Shown here: positions 17,751-28,198 of the stretch, in pieces
How the letters are laid out: every line of letters starts with the position of its first letter
Numbering within the stretch: the stretch's first letter is position 1
Source of the DNA: a virus
IMG/VR virus record: IMGVR_UViG_3300035070_003528
Coordinates: 37,466 to 101,465 of that record
Reading direction: 5' to 3' (one strand)
DNA length: 64,000 bases
Translations under genes and position numbers: made by a program
The notes under the pieces: generated by a model
What the model was told of the DNA's origin: nothing
Databases searched by the model: none
The model's input: the letters and a program-made list of their open reading frames with translations, nothing else

Positions 17751-20321
17751 ATGTTAACAAGAAATAAAATTGGTTTCCATGTCGGCCCAGATGCCCCAGG
17801 GAGCAACTTGACTGGAATTGGTAACTGGATGAGACAACTTCATGCCGCTGGAATACCGATGGTATTGAAATCAGTAGACAACTACGGCCCTATTTATGAA
17901 GCAGATAAAATAGTTGATCCAAACAATACTGTTGACCACACATTTGTTTTTAGACTGTCTGATTCAGACTTTTATTCATTCGACACGCCACCTTATAAAG
18001 ATCCTCAGTATATAAACGATCCGGAAGGTGGGGCTGTTCTACATTGGAACATGACAAAGCAAAAACTTCCTCCTGAATTCAATAAAGAACGAGTGTGGCT
18101 TGAGCTAACTAATGAAGTTGATCGCAATTTGTGTACTTGGTTAGACGAGTTTGCCCTTAAAATAGCGCAACTAGCGAATGCCGAGGGGTATAAAGTTGCG
18201 TTATTTGGCTGGGCTGGGGGCGAACCAGAACCGCAGGGCTGGGAGGAAATGCTGGACTTCCTCCGATATTGTGGGGATAATCGCGATAAATGCGCGATTG
18301 CAATACATGAATATAGCTTTATTGTCACAGATATATTCGATCAATGGCCGTTCAAAGTTGGTAGATTCCAATATCTTTTCGCAATTTGTGATAAATTTGG
18401 GATAAATCGGCCAACTACGTTGATTACAGAATGGGGATGGACTTTAAATGACGCACCTGGGTCTACAACTGCCCTAATAGATATTGAAGCAGTTTCAAAT
18501 GTGTATAATCAGTATGACAATATACTAGGGGCAGCGATCTGGTATCTTGGCCCAGGATTTAACATTGCAGATAAGGTTCAAAAACTTATCCAGCCAGTCA
18601 CGGACTGGACAATTAATTCATTCGTTGAAATAGACGAAATTAATCCACCTATAGACGAATTGCCGTCAATAAATGGATGGGAGCAATATATGGAAACAAG
18701 TAAGATAGCAGTAGACGTAACTGTAGAAATAGAAGACAAGGAAACATTCATTGGATTGGTGCGCGGAATTGGAAGCGCAAATGCCACAGGTGCTCAGTAC
18801 AGATGGCTATACAACGATGGAACATACAATGTATACACCGACTGGGTTGGTCTATCAGCAAGCAGCATACCACAATTAGATATACGAGGACTGGAATTCT
18901 TGGTTAGTACAAGTCGGATGTTAACCAAAACGGTTCCAGTAGAAATCGAATGCCCAAACCCTAATCCGCTCCCTGTTGTTGAGTTTCCGCTCGTTGTGGA
19001 CTATTCTCACTGGCAGGGAGCAACAAACCACGTGGCTTTGAAAACAGCAGGCGTTTATAAGTTTATGTCAAAAATTACTGAACATACTGTTTATGTTGAC
19101 ACCGAATTTCTGTCTAGATACCAAAATGCGGTTGCTGCTGGATATAAAAAAGAAGACATCGCGCCGTATCATTTTTACCGATTCAACAAAAGCCCGGTTG
19201 ATCAAGCCAATCACTTCGTCAATACATATAAATCACTTGTGGGCAATCCAGCCTGTGCATTTGTAGCAGATGTAGAAGACGTTGATAACACTGCCGTTGG
19301 CAAACAAGGCGAATTGAAGCTGTTTCTAGATATTGTAGAATACTTAACTGGGTTCAAGCCTATTATTTATACCGGTAGCTGGTGGTGGACGGCCGCTCGA
19401 TGGGGTGGTGCTGTTCCTTGGGCGAAAAACTATGCAATGGTAGAAGCCGAGTACCCGCTAGACCCAGTAAATGACTTCGTTGATTTCAATGCAGCGCACA
19501 ACTGGACTAAAACACACAGCCCAGCATTGTCATCTGACTTCACGATTCATAGCTTCTGGCAATTTACAAGCAAGGCAAATGGGATTGCGTTCGGTGTGAG
19601 TAGTAAATACCTCGATGTTCAATCGTTCAATGGCAATCTTGACGAACTACGTGCTGTTTATACAAAAAAAGGAACTGTGTTAACTGACCCGCGTCCAAAT
19701 ACCAATAAAATAGACATGCTACAGTATATTAGAGGGCAAAATGGCATTCAATACGAGATGCGCTTTCCAAATGGAAACCAAGAACGCTATCAAGTTCAGT
19801 GGGACGTTGCCAATCCGCAAATATGGTACATCGTCAAGGGCGAAAATCAAGGGCATTACGAGCGTTGGTCTTACGATGACAATTACATCTACCTAGAAAT
19901 GGACACCTCTCCAGCAAACGCCCCCGATGGGCAGGCTGTGTATTACACCATTGACAAAAACGGCCGTTCGCCAAAATATCGTCGATTCATGTCTGTTGGA
20001 GAGGTATTTAATGACGGTGGACATGTCGTCACATTCAGAAACGTGTCAAATTGTGCAATAAATACCAGTGACCCCCGCAGTGGAAACGCTGCAAATAACA
20101 CAACGTTTATTCGTGGGGCATATACAGATACTTTCTATAACAATATTGTACTAACGGATGTAATTGAGTGTTTGGAAAATACTGAGGGTCAATTCTGGGG
20201 TAAAGGATTTGGACGAGTTCGCTGGCAAAGTACCTGGGGAGAAGCCGAGATCAGTGAAATTCATTCACCCGGCTCTCGTCCAGATGTGTTGCGCCAGCAT
20301 ATTACTTGCCTTGGTCAATAA
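17751..20321 (+). CDS. modular lysin: clan GH-A-like TIM barrel, GH25 muramidase and an unknown C-terminal domain
   Basis: LTNE, AIHEY and ITEWGW (GH-A); VDYSHWQG, ADVED, IIYTG and WQFTS (GH25). Confidence 0.85.
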   Translation: MLTRNKIGFHVGPDAPGSNLTGIGNWMRQLHAAGIPMVLKSVDNYGPIYEADKIVDPNNTVDHTFVFRLSDSDFYSFDTPPYKDPQYINDPEGGAVLHWNMTKQKLPPEFNKERVWLELTNEVDRNLCTWLDEFALKIAQLANAEGYKVALFGWAGGEPEPQGWEEMLDFLRYCGDNRDKCAIAIHEYSFIVTDIFDQWPFKVGRFQYLFAICDKFGINRPTTLITEWGWTLNDAPGSTTALIDIEAVSNVYNQYDNILGAAIWYLGPGFNIADKVQKLIQPVTDWTINSFVEIDEINPPIDELPSINGWEQYMETSKIAVDVTVEIEDKETFIGLVRGIGSANATGAQYRWLYNDGTYNVYTDWVGLSASSIPQLDIRGLEFLVSTSRMLTKTVPVEIECPNPNPLPVVEFPLVVDYSHWQGATNHVALKTAGVYKFMSKITEHTVYVDTEFLSRYQNAVAAGYKKEDIAPYHFYRFNKSPVDQANHFVNTYKSLVGNPACAFVADVEDVDNTAVGKQGELKLFLDIVEYLTGFKPIIYTGSWWWTAARWGGAVPWAKNYAMVEAEYPLDPVNDFVDFNAAHNWTKTHSPALSSDFTIHSFWQFTSKANGIAFGVSSKYLDVQSFNGNLDELRAVYTKKGTVLTDPRPNTNKIDMLQYIRGQNGIQYEMRFPNGNQERYQVQWDVANPQIWYIVKGENQGHYERWSYDDNYIYLEMDTSPANAPDGQAVYYTIDKNGRSPKYRRFMSVGEVFNDGGHVVTFRNVSNCAINTSDPRSGNAANNTTFIRGAYTDTFYNNIVLTDVIECLENTEGQFWGKGFGRVRWQSTWGEAEISEIHSPGSRPDVLRQHITCLGQ

Positions 20322-20721
20322 AAACCTTGCACAACTCGTACTGCGGAGATGGCAATTCGTTATCAATTCCCTGATCCCAAATCGCAAAGCACGTATCGCG
20401 TTGTTCCTCTGTATACGGCCCCATCGGAGGTAAATCTTGCAAAAACGGCCGTGTCGGCGGAACAATTGCTTGCGGTGTAGCAACGGATTGTAATTCTGTG
20501 AAGAAGGCTGTCGCCGTTGCGTTGAAATCAATCGATTGAGGTGTCCATGTCGGTAATGGCGTAATAGTTGGCACGGTAATAACATCCCCTTGGGTGTTAA
20601 TCACCGATGGCGCAACAGGCTGTCTATTAACCACAACGGATAACCCATTTTGGCTCATAAGCATATACCCAACAACTAAAACAAGAATAACGAGAATTGG
20701 AGTTGATTTATTCATCTCCAT
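20302..20721 (-). CDS. membrane-anchored Pro/Thr-rich protein
   Basis: N-terminal hydrophobic helix, PT-rich linker and a Cys pair. Confidence 0.7.
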   Translation of the reverse strand: MEMNKSTPILVILVLVVGYMLMSQNGLSVVVNRQPVAPSVINTQGDVITVPTITPLPTWTPQSIDFNATATAFFTELQSVATPQAIVPPTRPFLQDLPPMGPYTEEQRDTCFAIWDQGIDNELPSPQYELCKVFIDQGK

Positions 20722-20816
20722 ATGATAATCAATTGCTTTTATTTAATAAACAGTACATTCGTGCCATTCGTATTGCGCTGAAAAGATATATAATATTGAA
20801 AACAAAGGAGATATTT

Positions 20817-21032
20817 ATGATACTTAAAATTACAGATCAAACAGGACACAGTGTTGCAGATACAGATACGGATTACGACCTAGCCGTGGACTTGTTCAAG
20901 AAAGCAGTAGATCGCGGCATGTGGGGCAAGGGAATCAAGGACGGCCGTAGCGAATTCGTTTCTGTCACGACATTGGATGAAATTCTTGATTATGACGAAG
21001 TAATTATGTTGCCTCGTCAAGTTGGTGGATAG
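20817..21032 (+). CDS. small ubiquitin-like protein ending in Gly-Gly (71 aa)
   Basis: AAGGAG RBS before the ATG at 20817; LKITDQTGHS strand pair, a helix, then terminal strand EVIMLPRQVGG*. Confidence 0.7.
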   Translation: MILKITDQTGHSVADTDTDYDLAVDLFKKAVDRGMWGKGIKDGRSEFVSVTTLDEILDYDEVIMLPRQVGG

Positions 21033-21035
21033 ATT

Positions 21036-21857
21036 ATGCAGAATTCGTATCTAGATGGACTCACGCAATGGGAGTTGATACAACTTGTCGCTACATCTAC
21101 TTATCAAGAAAATTCGCTACGACAGCAAACCTTGGAAGCGTGGCGGGAGATGGCGTACTATGCCCATGACAATTTCAAAGAATTCCTAACCGGCGTACTA
21201 AGTAGTGCGATAGAAGAACGTACTTATATATCAATTAGAGTGGAAATCGTTATTCATGGCAATGCTTTTTATGATTCGTATTACATACGAAGAGTGCCTG
21301 ATATTTCCTACTCATCCTCTTATCTAGAAATATTTGTTAGCTCAAATCGTTCTCGGGAATTCGCGGTTTCTTTTTCTCCGCCAAGCGAAGATATATTATT
21401 TTATCCATCGAAGATGTATGAATATATTAGTCGGGTTATCGCTGCAATTGAAGCACACATTGCAAATAATGATAATTGGCGCAGATTCGCAGAAGGGGTA
21501 CATAGAACACAAAATGCGTGGCAATGGACTATTGATGACCCTGTAAAAAAAGTAAATAAACGGGCAGAAAAACTACTGCTCTCTCATTGCACGAAAAAAC
21601 AGCGCAAACAATATAAGGCAAATCAGTATTTTGTTGTGATTGGTGGCGAAACTGGCACAATGTATCGAATTAGACGTGCATCCCAAATAAACATCGACGT
21701 GTTTGTTGACGGTGAAATTGAATACAAACTCTGCACCGTTGCCGATCCTAGAAAAAACAGTGGGCTACCAATAGAGGATCAGTTACTTGCACAGAAAACT
21801 ATGATAGAATTACAGGAAAATCATTTTCTGGAGATAGCGAAACGATGGGAACTGTAA
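21036..21857 (+). CDS. uncharacterised partner of the GG-ending protein
   Basis: C-terminal domain AEKLLLS...YFVVIGGETGTMYRI...LC...LP..DQLLAQK...E..FL..A. Confidence 0.75.
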   Translation: MQNSYLDGLTQWELIQLVATSTYQENSLRQQTLEAWREMAYYAHDNFKEFLTGVLSSAIEERTYISIRVEIVIHGNAFYDSYYIRRVPDISYSSSYLEIFVSSNRSREFAVSFSPPSEDILFYPSKMYEYISRVIAAIEAHIANNDNWRRFAEGVHRTQNAWQWTIDDPVKKVNKRAEKLLLSHCTKKQRKQYKANQYFVVIGGETGTMYRIRRASQINIDVFVDGEIEYKLCTVADPRKNSGLPIEDQLLAQKTMIELQENHFLEIAKRWEL

Positions 21858-21930
21858 TATTTATCATACTGTGTTTCATTTTGTTAGTTGCAAACATATT
21901 GGCAATAAATTACGCATTTAAGAGGCAATC

Positions 21931-22128
21931 GTGAAGCAAATTTTGATTAAATACCACCCGCTGTGGCAAGAAGTATACAACTATGAGTTCAATCAGGCTT
22001 GCCAACGGTTTAAAAACAGTCGTGGATACTGGCCTCAAGAAACGTACAATTATGTTCTCAATTCGGTTGAGGCGGAAGCGCGAAGTAACGCAGAAGCAGT
22101 TATTAGGGCGTTGAATGAAGACTCGTGA
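21931..22128 (+). CDS. hypothetical protein
   Basis: GAGG RBS with GTG start; operonic. Confidence 0.6.
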   Translation: MKQILIKYHPLWQEVYNYEFNQACQRFKNSRGYWPQETYNYVLNSVEAEARSNAEAVIRALNEDS

Positions 22129-22324
22129 GATGGTTCTGCAATGGGTAGAAGAAAACCCGTTGTGCAACAAAGAAACTATTGTTGCACATATAAAGGGCAA
22201 GCCAAGTCTGCTTGTTCGCAATGTCATAGCAGACTTGTTTAAAGAAAATGTACTTTACTGCACTCGCGCTGGGAAAATATTTATTCCAGTGCCAATAAAC
22301 TCTGCGTTTAAGGAGATTTTATGA
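22115..22324 (+). CDS. small winged-helix protein
   Basis: Three short helices followed by a beta-hairpin. Confidence 0.5.
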   Translation: MKTREMVLQWVEENPLCNKETIVAHIKGKPSLLVRNVIADLFKENVLYCTRAGKIFIPVPINSAFKEIL

Positions 22325-22632
22325 ATTCGCTCGTGCGTATGCAGAAATTAGACGAATTACACACGCGGATGAAATCAATTTTGGCCGCAAAAGGTAATGA
22401 TTATGCAAATGATGACGTACTCAGTAACTTCAAACTAGCTGGAGCAATATGTCAAATGACGGCAGAAAAACAGTGTTTGTCACTTATTGCAACAAAAGTC
22501 GCTAGATTGGGTGTGCTATTAGACGGAAAGCAGGTGCATAACGAAGCAATTGACGACAGTGTGATAGATTTAATAAATTACGGCTTTTTATTACTATGTT
22601 TACTGGAGGACAATGATGAAACTGCTAATTAA
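22321..22632 (+). CDS. nucleotide-modification-associated all-helical domain (DUF1599/Nmad-like)
   Basis: KGNDYA...NF...KVARL...EAIDDSVIDLINY. Confidence 0.75.
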   Translation: MNSLVRMQKLDELHTRMKSILAAKGNDYANDDVLSNFKLAGAICQMTAEKQCLSLIATKVARLGVLLDGKQVHNEAIDDSVIDLINYGFLLLCLLEDNDETAN

Positions 22633-22987
22633 TACCTTAGATAATCAATGGCATGACGCAGATGAGGTGATTTTACATGCTGTTATGCAGATTTTGACAG
22701 ATTTTGTTGAAAAAGAGCAACCGGACACACTAGATTTCTCAGGCGATCAGAATTACGCCCATGCCTGGAATGTCATCACAGAAGTATATGATTGGTGGAA
22801 AAACGGCCGTATTGCCCGACACGGCCCCCTTGACGACCTAGATTTGACAGATTTAGACCTAAATGACATATCTGATGACGACAGGGGCTTGTTTAGTGCT
22901 AGTAATGCCCTTCGTATGCGTTGGTATGAAGAAGATACGACAATGATACAGCGCGTTGTGTCTATCCGTGATTATTTGTGGACTTGA
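22613..22987 (+). CDS. hypothetical protein
   Basis: Operonic; W.D.D...LHA....L.DFVE.E and YDWW pattern. Confidence 0.7.
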   Translation: MMKLLINTLDNQWHDADEVILHAVMQILTDFVEKEQPDTLDFSGDQNYAHAWNVITEVYDWWKNGRIARHGPLDDLDLTDLDLNDISDDDRGLFSASNALRMRWYEEDTTMIQRVVSIRDYLWT

Positions 22988-23066
22988 TGTAACGCCATGA
23001 CTATGACAAATGTCACTGTTTCATGTGCTAATTTAGGTTATAATAGACAAAACAAAGGAGGTAAAC

Positions 23067-23120
23067 ATGGAACTGTTGATTGAACTGATTACGTTGCTCG
23101 GTAATTATTGGGCAGGCTAG
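23067..23120 (+). CDS. 17-aa peptide MELLIELITLLGNYWAG
   Basis: AAGGAGGT RBS, upstream TATAAT and a downstream terminator. Confidence 0.6.
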   Translation: MELLIELITLLGNYWAG

Positions 23121-23131
23121 TAGAATAACAA

Positions 23132-23162
23132 AAAGGACTCTGTTAATAGCAGGGTCTTTTTT
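23132..23162 (+). terminator. intrinsic terminator
   Basis: AAAGGACTCTG-TTAATAG-CAGGGTCTTT followed by a T run. Confidence 0.7.
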
Positions 23163-23166
23163 GTTA

Positions 23167-23211
23167 ATAGCACTTAAGCACTATTCCCCTATCTGTCATT
23201 TATTATATAAT
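23167..23211 (+). promoter_or_regulatory. ATAGCAC-box promoter (plus-strand copy)
   Basis: ATAGCAC to TATAAT with the same 45-nt span as the minus-strand copies. Confidence 0.65.
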
Positions 23212-23403
23212 ATTCAAATGAAACGAAATAATCTAATAGCAGTAATTATTTGCACAGCAATCGGCTTTATTGGAGTTATTATTGCTGTTCTGGTGAGGTG
23301 AAATGATTAAATTGTGGTATATCAAGACATTAATCAAATGTATATTCCGGCAAATCGCTAACTCAATCAAGTTGATTACAAAGTTAATTCCGGTGAGGAT
23401 GTT

Positions 23404-25162
23404 ATGATTCCAAAGATTGATTCTGTGCAGGACGAGCTTGATTATTACATGCGCGATGACAGATGTGTGTGTTGGTCATGTACTCGTAGTAAAGAATTTG
23501 CTACCATTGTAAACAAGCTCGATAGCGATGAAGATAAAAAATGGATGATAGCGTTTTATAATTCTGTTGTCGAACAAGAAGACGCAAGTGAATTAGAAAT
23601 ATTATATTGGAAGACTAGAAATGCAACCGATCCATAAAATAATGATGTTCAAGGTAATCTGTAGACTGATTCTCATCATAATCGAAATGATGGACAAATC
23701 GGGCAACACGGTCGATATAATCCAAAAAGAACTTGATGAAACAGTTGATTTTTTAATGAAATACTACATGGGAGAATGGCACGACGATGAGAATAGTTAA
23801 GGATGATTCAGTAACAACCGTGTACGGATATTATCGGTGTCCAGAATGCGGCCGTACTTATTACGCTGGTGGTATTTTCTATCACAGTGATAATTGTTCT
23901 AAACACGGTTATTTAGAATGCGAGTATCATGTTGGGCCACGATGCAAGGAGTACAGTGATGCAGAAGACGAATGAAAAACGCGTTGTCACATGCCTAGTT
24001 TGCGATGGGGCAGGAGAATACGAACGAAATGGTAAAACGAGAACCTGCTGGCTTTGTAACGGAACTGGCGAGACAATTTTATTCGAGGTGAAAAGTAATG
24101 GGTGATATTACACGAGAAGAATGGGAAAATGACGTACTAAACACACGTTAGGGACGTTACGGCCGAAAAGGAAGAACAAAATGACAACTGGGATAACAAT
24201 AAACAACGCAAAAGCGATAGCATACAGTCTGAGTAAGGGCAAAGACAATGGTGGGATAAGCCGCAATGCGCTTGCCGATCATTTAATTCATGCCGCAAAC
24301 CAGATGGAAAAGCAAATGACTGAAATCGAATTGCTAACAAAAGCCCTTGCCATTTATGCAGACCGTGATAATTGGGCGCAAGATGCCTGTACTAGCGTAT
24401 TAACTGGTGAGGTTCGCGCTGATGGTTGGGAGTTAGAAGAAGATGTGACGGTGCTTCTAGACGATTATTTTGTATGGAGTTACGATGGTTCTGCCGGGTA
24501 CGATATAGCACAACGTGTCTTGAATAAAATAAAGGATAAATAAGAATGAAGAATGGAATGACAGAAATATTTAGAATATTTTGCGACGATAGACAAATAA
24601 ACCATTGGCGAGAACCGTTCTGGCATTATTGCCAAGCGAACAATATACAAGACACGACTGAGGCCATGACGGCCGCATGGGACGAATTCTTACTGATGCT
24701 CTATCATTTTTAGTGACAAATGGAGAATGATATGAAAATTAATGATGTTGTAGCTACAAATGAGAATAATTTCCGTATAATATACAACAAGCCAAAAACG
24801 CGCCTGGTTATCCAAGATGGTTTGATTTATATTGACAGCAGTCAGGAGATGCCAAATGCATGGCGTAGATTATGGTACTGGGTTTTGCTTGGCTGGAAGT
24901 GGGAGTCGTTAAATCAATCAGAAGACAAGGTAATGGTGAAGGAATGAGCGACGACAAAGAAGCAGCATTTATTGTCGATGACGTAATTCAGTTGGCAGAA
25001 GCAGTCCTTAGTAATTGGTATTATAATAATCCGAATGGAGCCGATAGAGGCGATTACTGCTGGAGAAGACAGTATTTGCGTAATGGTCTCATTTTTAATG
25101 AAGACCACGATCCGAGTTGCCCAGTTATAATTGCAGACGCGGTATTAACTGGGTACAAGTAA
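23404..25162 (+). other. run of small hypothetical ORFs (23404-23637, 23787-23975, 23959-24105, 24181-24543, 24720-24947, 24944-25162)
   Basis: Tightly packed or overlapping ORFs; 23959-24105 has two CxxCxGxG DnaJ-type zinc motifs. Confidence 0.65.
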
Positions 25163-25208
25163 ATAGCCACACCTTTTTCAGCATGTCACGAAAAAGATGT
25201 GGCTATTT
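25161..25208. terminator. bidirectional terminator between convergent arms
   Basis: Inverted repeat AAATAGCCACA-c-CTTTTTC...GAAAAAG-a-TGTGGCTATTT. Confidence 0.65.
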
Positions 25209-25229
25209 CATTACTATCAGTGGTTGTAA

Positions 25230-25733
25230 TTAATCGAAGTTTCTCTCGCCGTGCAATCTGTCATATTCATCCATAAATCTCTGCCTTTCTTCTAAGCACT
25301 CATTGCAATAACATGGATTGTCTTCGTTATCATACCATTCGTCTTCTTCTTCATCGTATAAATAAGCTGTACAGATGTCGTGATCGTAATAATAATCAGC
25401 CGGTGTTTCAGACGATCTAGCCATTTCTAGAAATTCAGATACATAATCATGAGAGCATTGAGCGGTTTCATCGAATACAAAATTTTCGTTTATCGCTTTA
25501 ATATCAAAATCCCTTTGCTTTCTGTAATACCAAGTAGACATGTCGTATTTTACAGTAGCTCCATTAGCCAGGGCATAGTCTACACTTAGATTTGCTGTAA
25601 AATCAATAAACTCTTGTAAATTATCCCATGTAACTAGGGGCTGATTCCATCGATTAACTAACCCGTCTGGTATATTTTCAAAATCATAAAACACGAAACA
25701 CACAACAATATATTCTCGTTCTTTCATATACAT
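25230..25733 (-). CDS. acidic hypothetical protein
   Basis: Coupled to the upstream gene; D/E/Y-rich with CYCNEC. Confidence 0.7.
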   Translation of the reverse strand: MYMKEREYIVVCFVFYDFENIPDGLVNRWNQPLVTWDNLQEFIDFTANLSVDYALANGATVKYDMSTWYYRKQRDFDIKAINENFVFDETAQCSHDYVSEFLEMARSSETPADYYYDHDICTAYLYDEEEDEWYDNEDNPCYCNECLEERQRFMDEYDRLHGERNFD

Positions 25734-26758
25734 TAGAATGGAATTCCTTGTGCTGTTAGCTCGTTATTATAATCTTCAATTGCTGCTTGTAACTCTCGCT
25801 CTTGTGCAAGTTCTTCATCAGAATAAAAAACCTCAACTAGATCGCCGAGTTGTTCGCGGCCAAGCTGCCCAACTTTTATTGCCATGTAATCCACTGGATC
25901 TGTTATGCCCATTGCCAGAGAATATAGTTCTGTATCAAAGCCATCATCCAGCACATCTTTATTGGTCATGTGGTTTCTATTGTCGTTTACAAACCATTTG
26001 CTTATTTGGTTTTCTGTAAACTCCTCTTCTTTGATATAGCTAGCATCAATGTCCAGCACATATCCGGCGCATTCTGCCATCAATTCAATGAATTTGTTCT
26101 TTTTGTATTTAACGTATTCTTGAAGGTTGTCTAGATTTACTGCCCCATGAGGCCATGTGCTTGCGAACCAACGCATTTTATTAGCTAGGCGCACATTGAA
26201 TCTTTCCCCATTGGGTATTTTAAAAACTGGGTAGAATACAATAATTTTAATCCCGTTAGAGTCGTCCTCTTTTTTTGATTTAGTCAAATTCCATTCTCTG
26301 CTGGAGGTTCTTTTTCTTACAGTGAAGATGTTTTCTTTTTCTACCAGTTCTCTTATCTGCTGCTGGACATCAACCTCAACAAAACAAAAGTCACTGTGAT
26401 CCGGGTCTTCTTCCGTGACTATTATTGACATTCCGTCTGTTTGCGGGACGCGCATGAAGTTTATTTTGCTTCTACGTATTTTCTTGGACAGTCGCGCCCA
26501 ATCAATATCGTCGTTAATAACACATCGGAACAGTTGCCGTGCGTTCTCTAGATTTCGTCTAACCAACATGGCCCTAAAGCTCCACTGGCGTTCGTGACAA
26601 ACATCACAGCCATAATTGTAATAACCACAGTATTTTGGCTTAGTGTGTTCAATACCCAGAAGATCAGTGTACTCAACGTAACTTTTCCCGCATTCTTTAA
26701 TCAATTTTTCTATTTGTTCAGTAGTTTTTTCGCTTTTCATATCTTTATCCTTTTGCAA
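25733..26758 (-). CDS. Zn-finger protein, paralog of 43034-43984
   Basis: CG...CGY...C..C, R.SSR.W, FYP, FASTW..G.V.LDN.QEY..YKKNK and DPxDYM are shared with 43034-43984. Confidence 0.8.
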   Translation of the reverse strand: MQKDKDMKSEKTTEQIEKLIKECGKSYVEYTDLLGIEHTKPKYCGYYNYGCDVCHERQWSFRAMLVRRNLENARQLFRCVINDDIDWARLSKKIRRSKINFMRVPQTDGMSIIVTEEDPDHSDFCFVEVDVQQQIRELVEKENIFTVRKRTSSREWNLTKSKKEDDSNGIKIIVFYPVFKIPNGERFNVRLANKMRWFASTWPHGAVNLDNLQEYVKYKKNKFIELMAECAGYVLDIDASYIKEEEFTENQISKWFVNDNRNHMTNKDVLDDGFDTELYSLAMGITDPVDYMAIKVGQLGREQLGDLVEVFYSDEELAQERELQAAIEDYNNELTAQGIPF

Positions 26759-27180
26759 AATAGTTATGTGACTATCTTATCAATTTCGTATATCCATGTC
26801 AATAACCAAAATATACGGGATAAAAACAATTAAACTACCCACATATGGGTAAATAAAGGAGAAGACCCCCGTAATTGGGGGTCAGGATAAAGAGAGGGGG
26901 TGCTTCATAACTATTTTACTCTTTAATTGTATAGTAGCCGCCCATATTTCTTAATAGTACGTTACTACCATACAATAATTACAGTATACAGAAGTGGTTC
27001 TTTAATGTCAATAAAAAAGAAATGTGTCCGTTTTGCTTTCATTAGTAAGAGTAATAGTGAAAGCAAAACGGACACATTTCATTGTTTTAGCACTTTGTTA
27101 CCATTTACACGGCCGTCGTTGTCCCTATATAATTAACCTATGTGTAAATACGGTAGTCTCAAACAAGGTCAGTCATCGTC

Positions 27181-27468
27181 ATGAAAAGTAGAACAATAAT
27201 AGAAAAGTTTTGTAAAGAACATGATATTGAGATCGTTTCGTTGGATTACACTCGTGAATACACGGCCGTTCCAGAAGAACTTGTTCCCGTTGGCTGGGTA
27301 ATTGTCTGTCATCCAGTTAGTAACAAAGACGATGTATTTGAGTACAATGGTTCTTGCGATGATATTGTTTGGCAATTAAATGAATTGATTGATTATGACG
27401 ACTGGTCAGATGAATTAGCTGGGCATTTGTTTGATACGTGTTTCGGTGAAATTGATGAACGATTATAA
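27181..27468 (+). CDS. acidic hypothetical protein
   Basis: Protein-like ORF whose stop overlaps a further small ORF. Confidence 0.55.
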   Translation: MKSRTIIEKFCKEHDIEIVSLDYTREYTAVPEELVPVGWVIVCHPVSNKDDVFEYNGSCDDIVWQLNELIDYDDWSDELAGHLFDTCFGEIDERL

Positions 27469-28168
27469 AATTTATTACGAGATTAGATAAAAGCATTAGA
27501 GCAGTTAATAACGGCCGTTGAGCAACATATGTGGCCTGTGATTGGTCAGTTTAACGATGTCGATGAGCAGATTGATGCGCTGTATAACTGGCTGTGTTCG
27601 CAATCTCGTAGTATTCGGGAGAAATGATGTTATTTAATTGGGTTATTGCCAGTGTTATATAAGCCAGTATTTCGTGAAAATGGTTTATGGCGGAATAAAT
27701 CGAGTCCCTTGTATCGCTACACGAAAAACAAAGTCAAGGGGAGGCGGCTTCGCATAGCCACACAAAAACAATCTACACAATACCTGTTCACTATGCGCAA
27801 TGAATTCCCCTGGTAGCACAACCCCTATGATCATAAACTTATTTTAACCGGCGAGTGATGGTCTATACATTGCCACAATCACCCACTACTGAGCACAGAA
27901 CACAAACGGCCGTATAATATTCCTTCCCCATGTTGCTGCTTAACTCGCCAATTAATTAACACAATAGAATAATATTTATTATTTATTATTAAACATTGTT
28001 ATTAGAATCAATTCTGCACCTTACAGGTTGATGCCAGACGGCCGTAACTTACCACACATAGGGTTACTACCACAAAGCACGTTACGGCCGTTAGAACCGC
28101 ACCTATAACGGTATTAATGTGGCTATACGAATGCAACTTACTATTTCGCATAGTCACATTACCTGGCA

Positions 28169-28198
28169 AAAAAATAGACCATCGTTAGACAGTCTATT
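28169..28198 (-). terminator. terminator closing the early gene block
   Basis: AATAGAC...GTCTATT followed by a T run on the minus strand. Confidence 0.55.
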
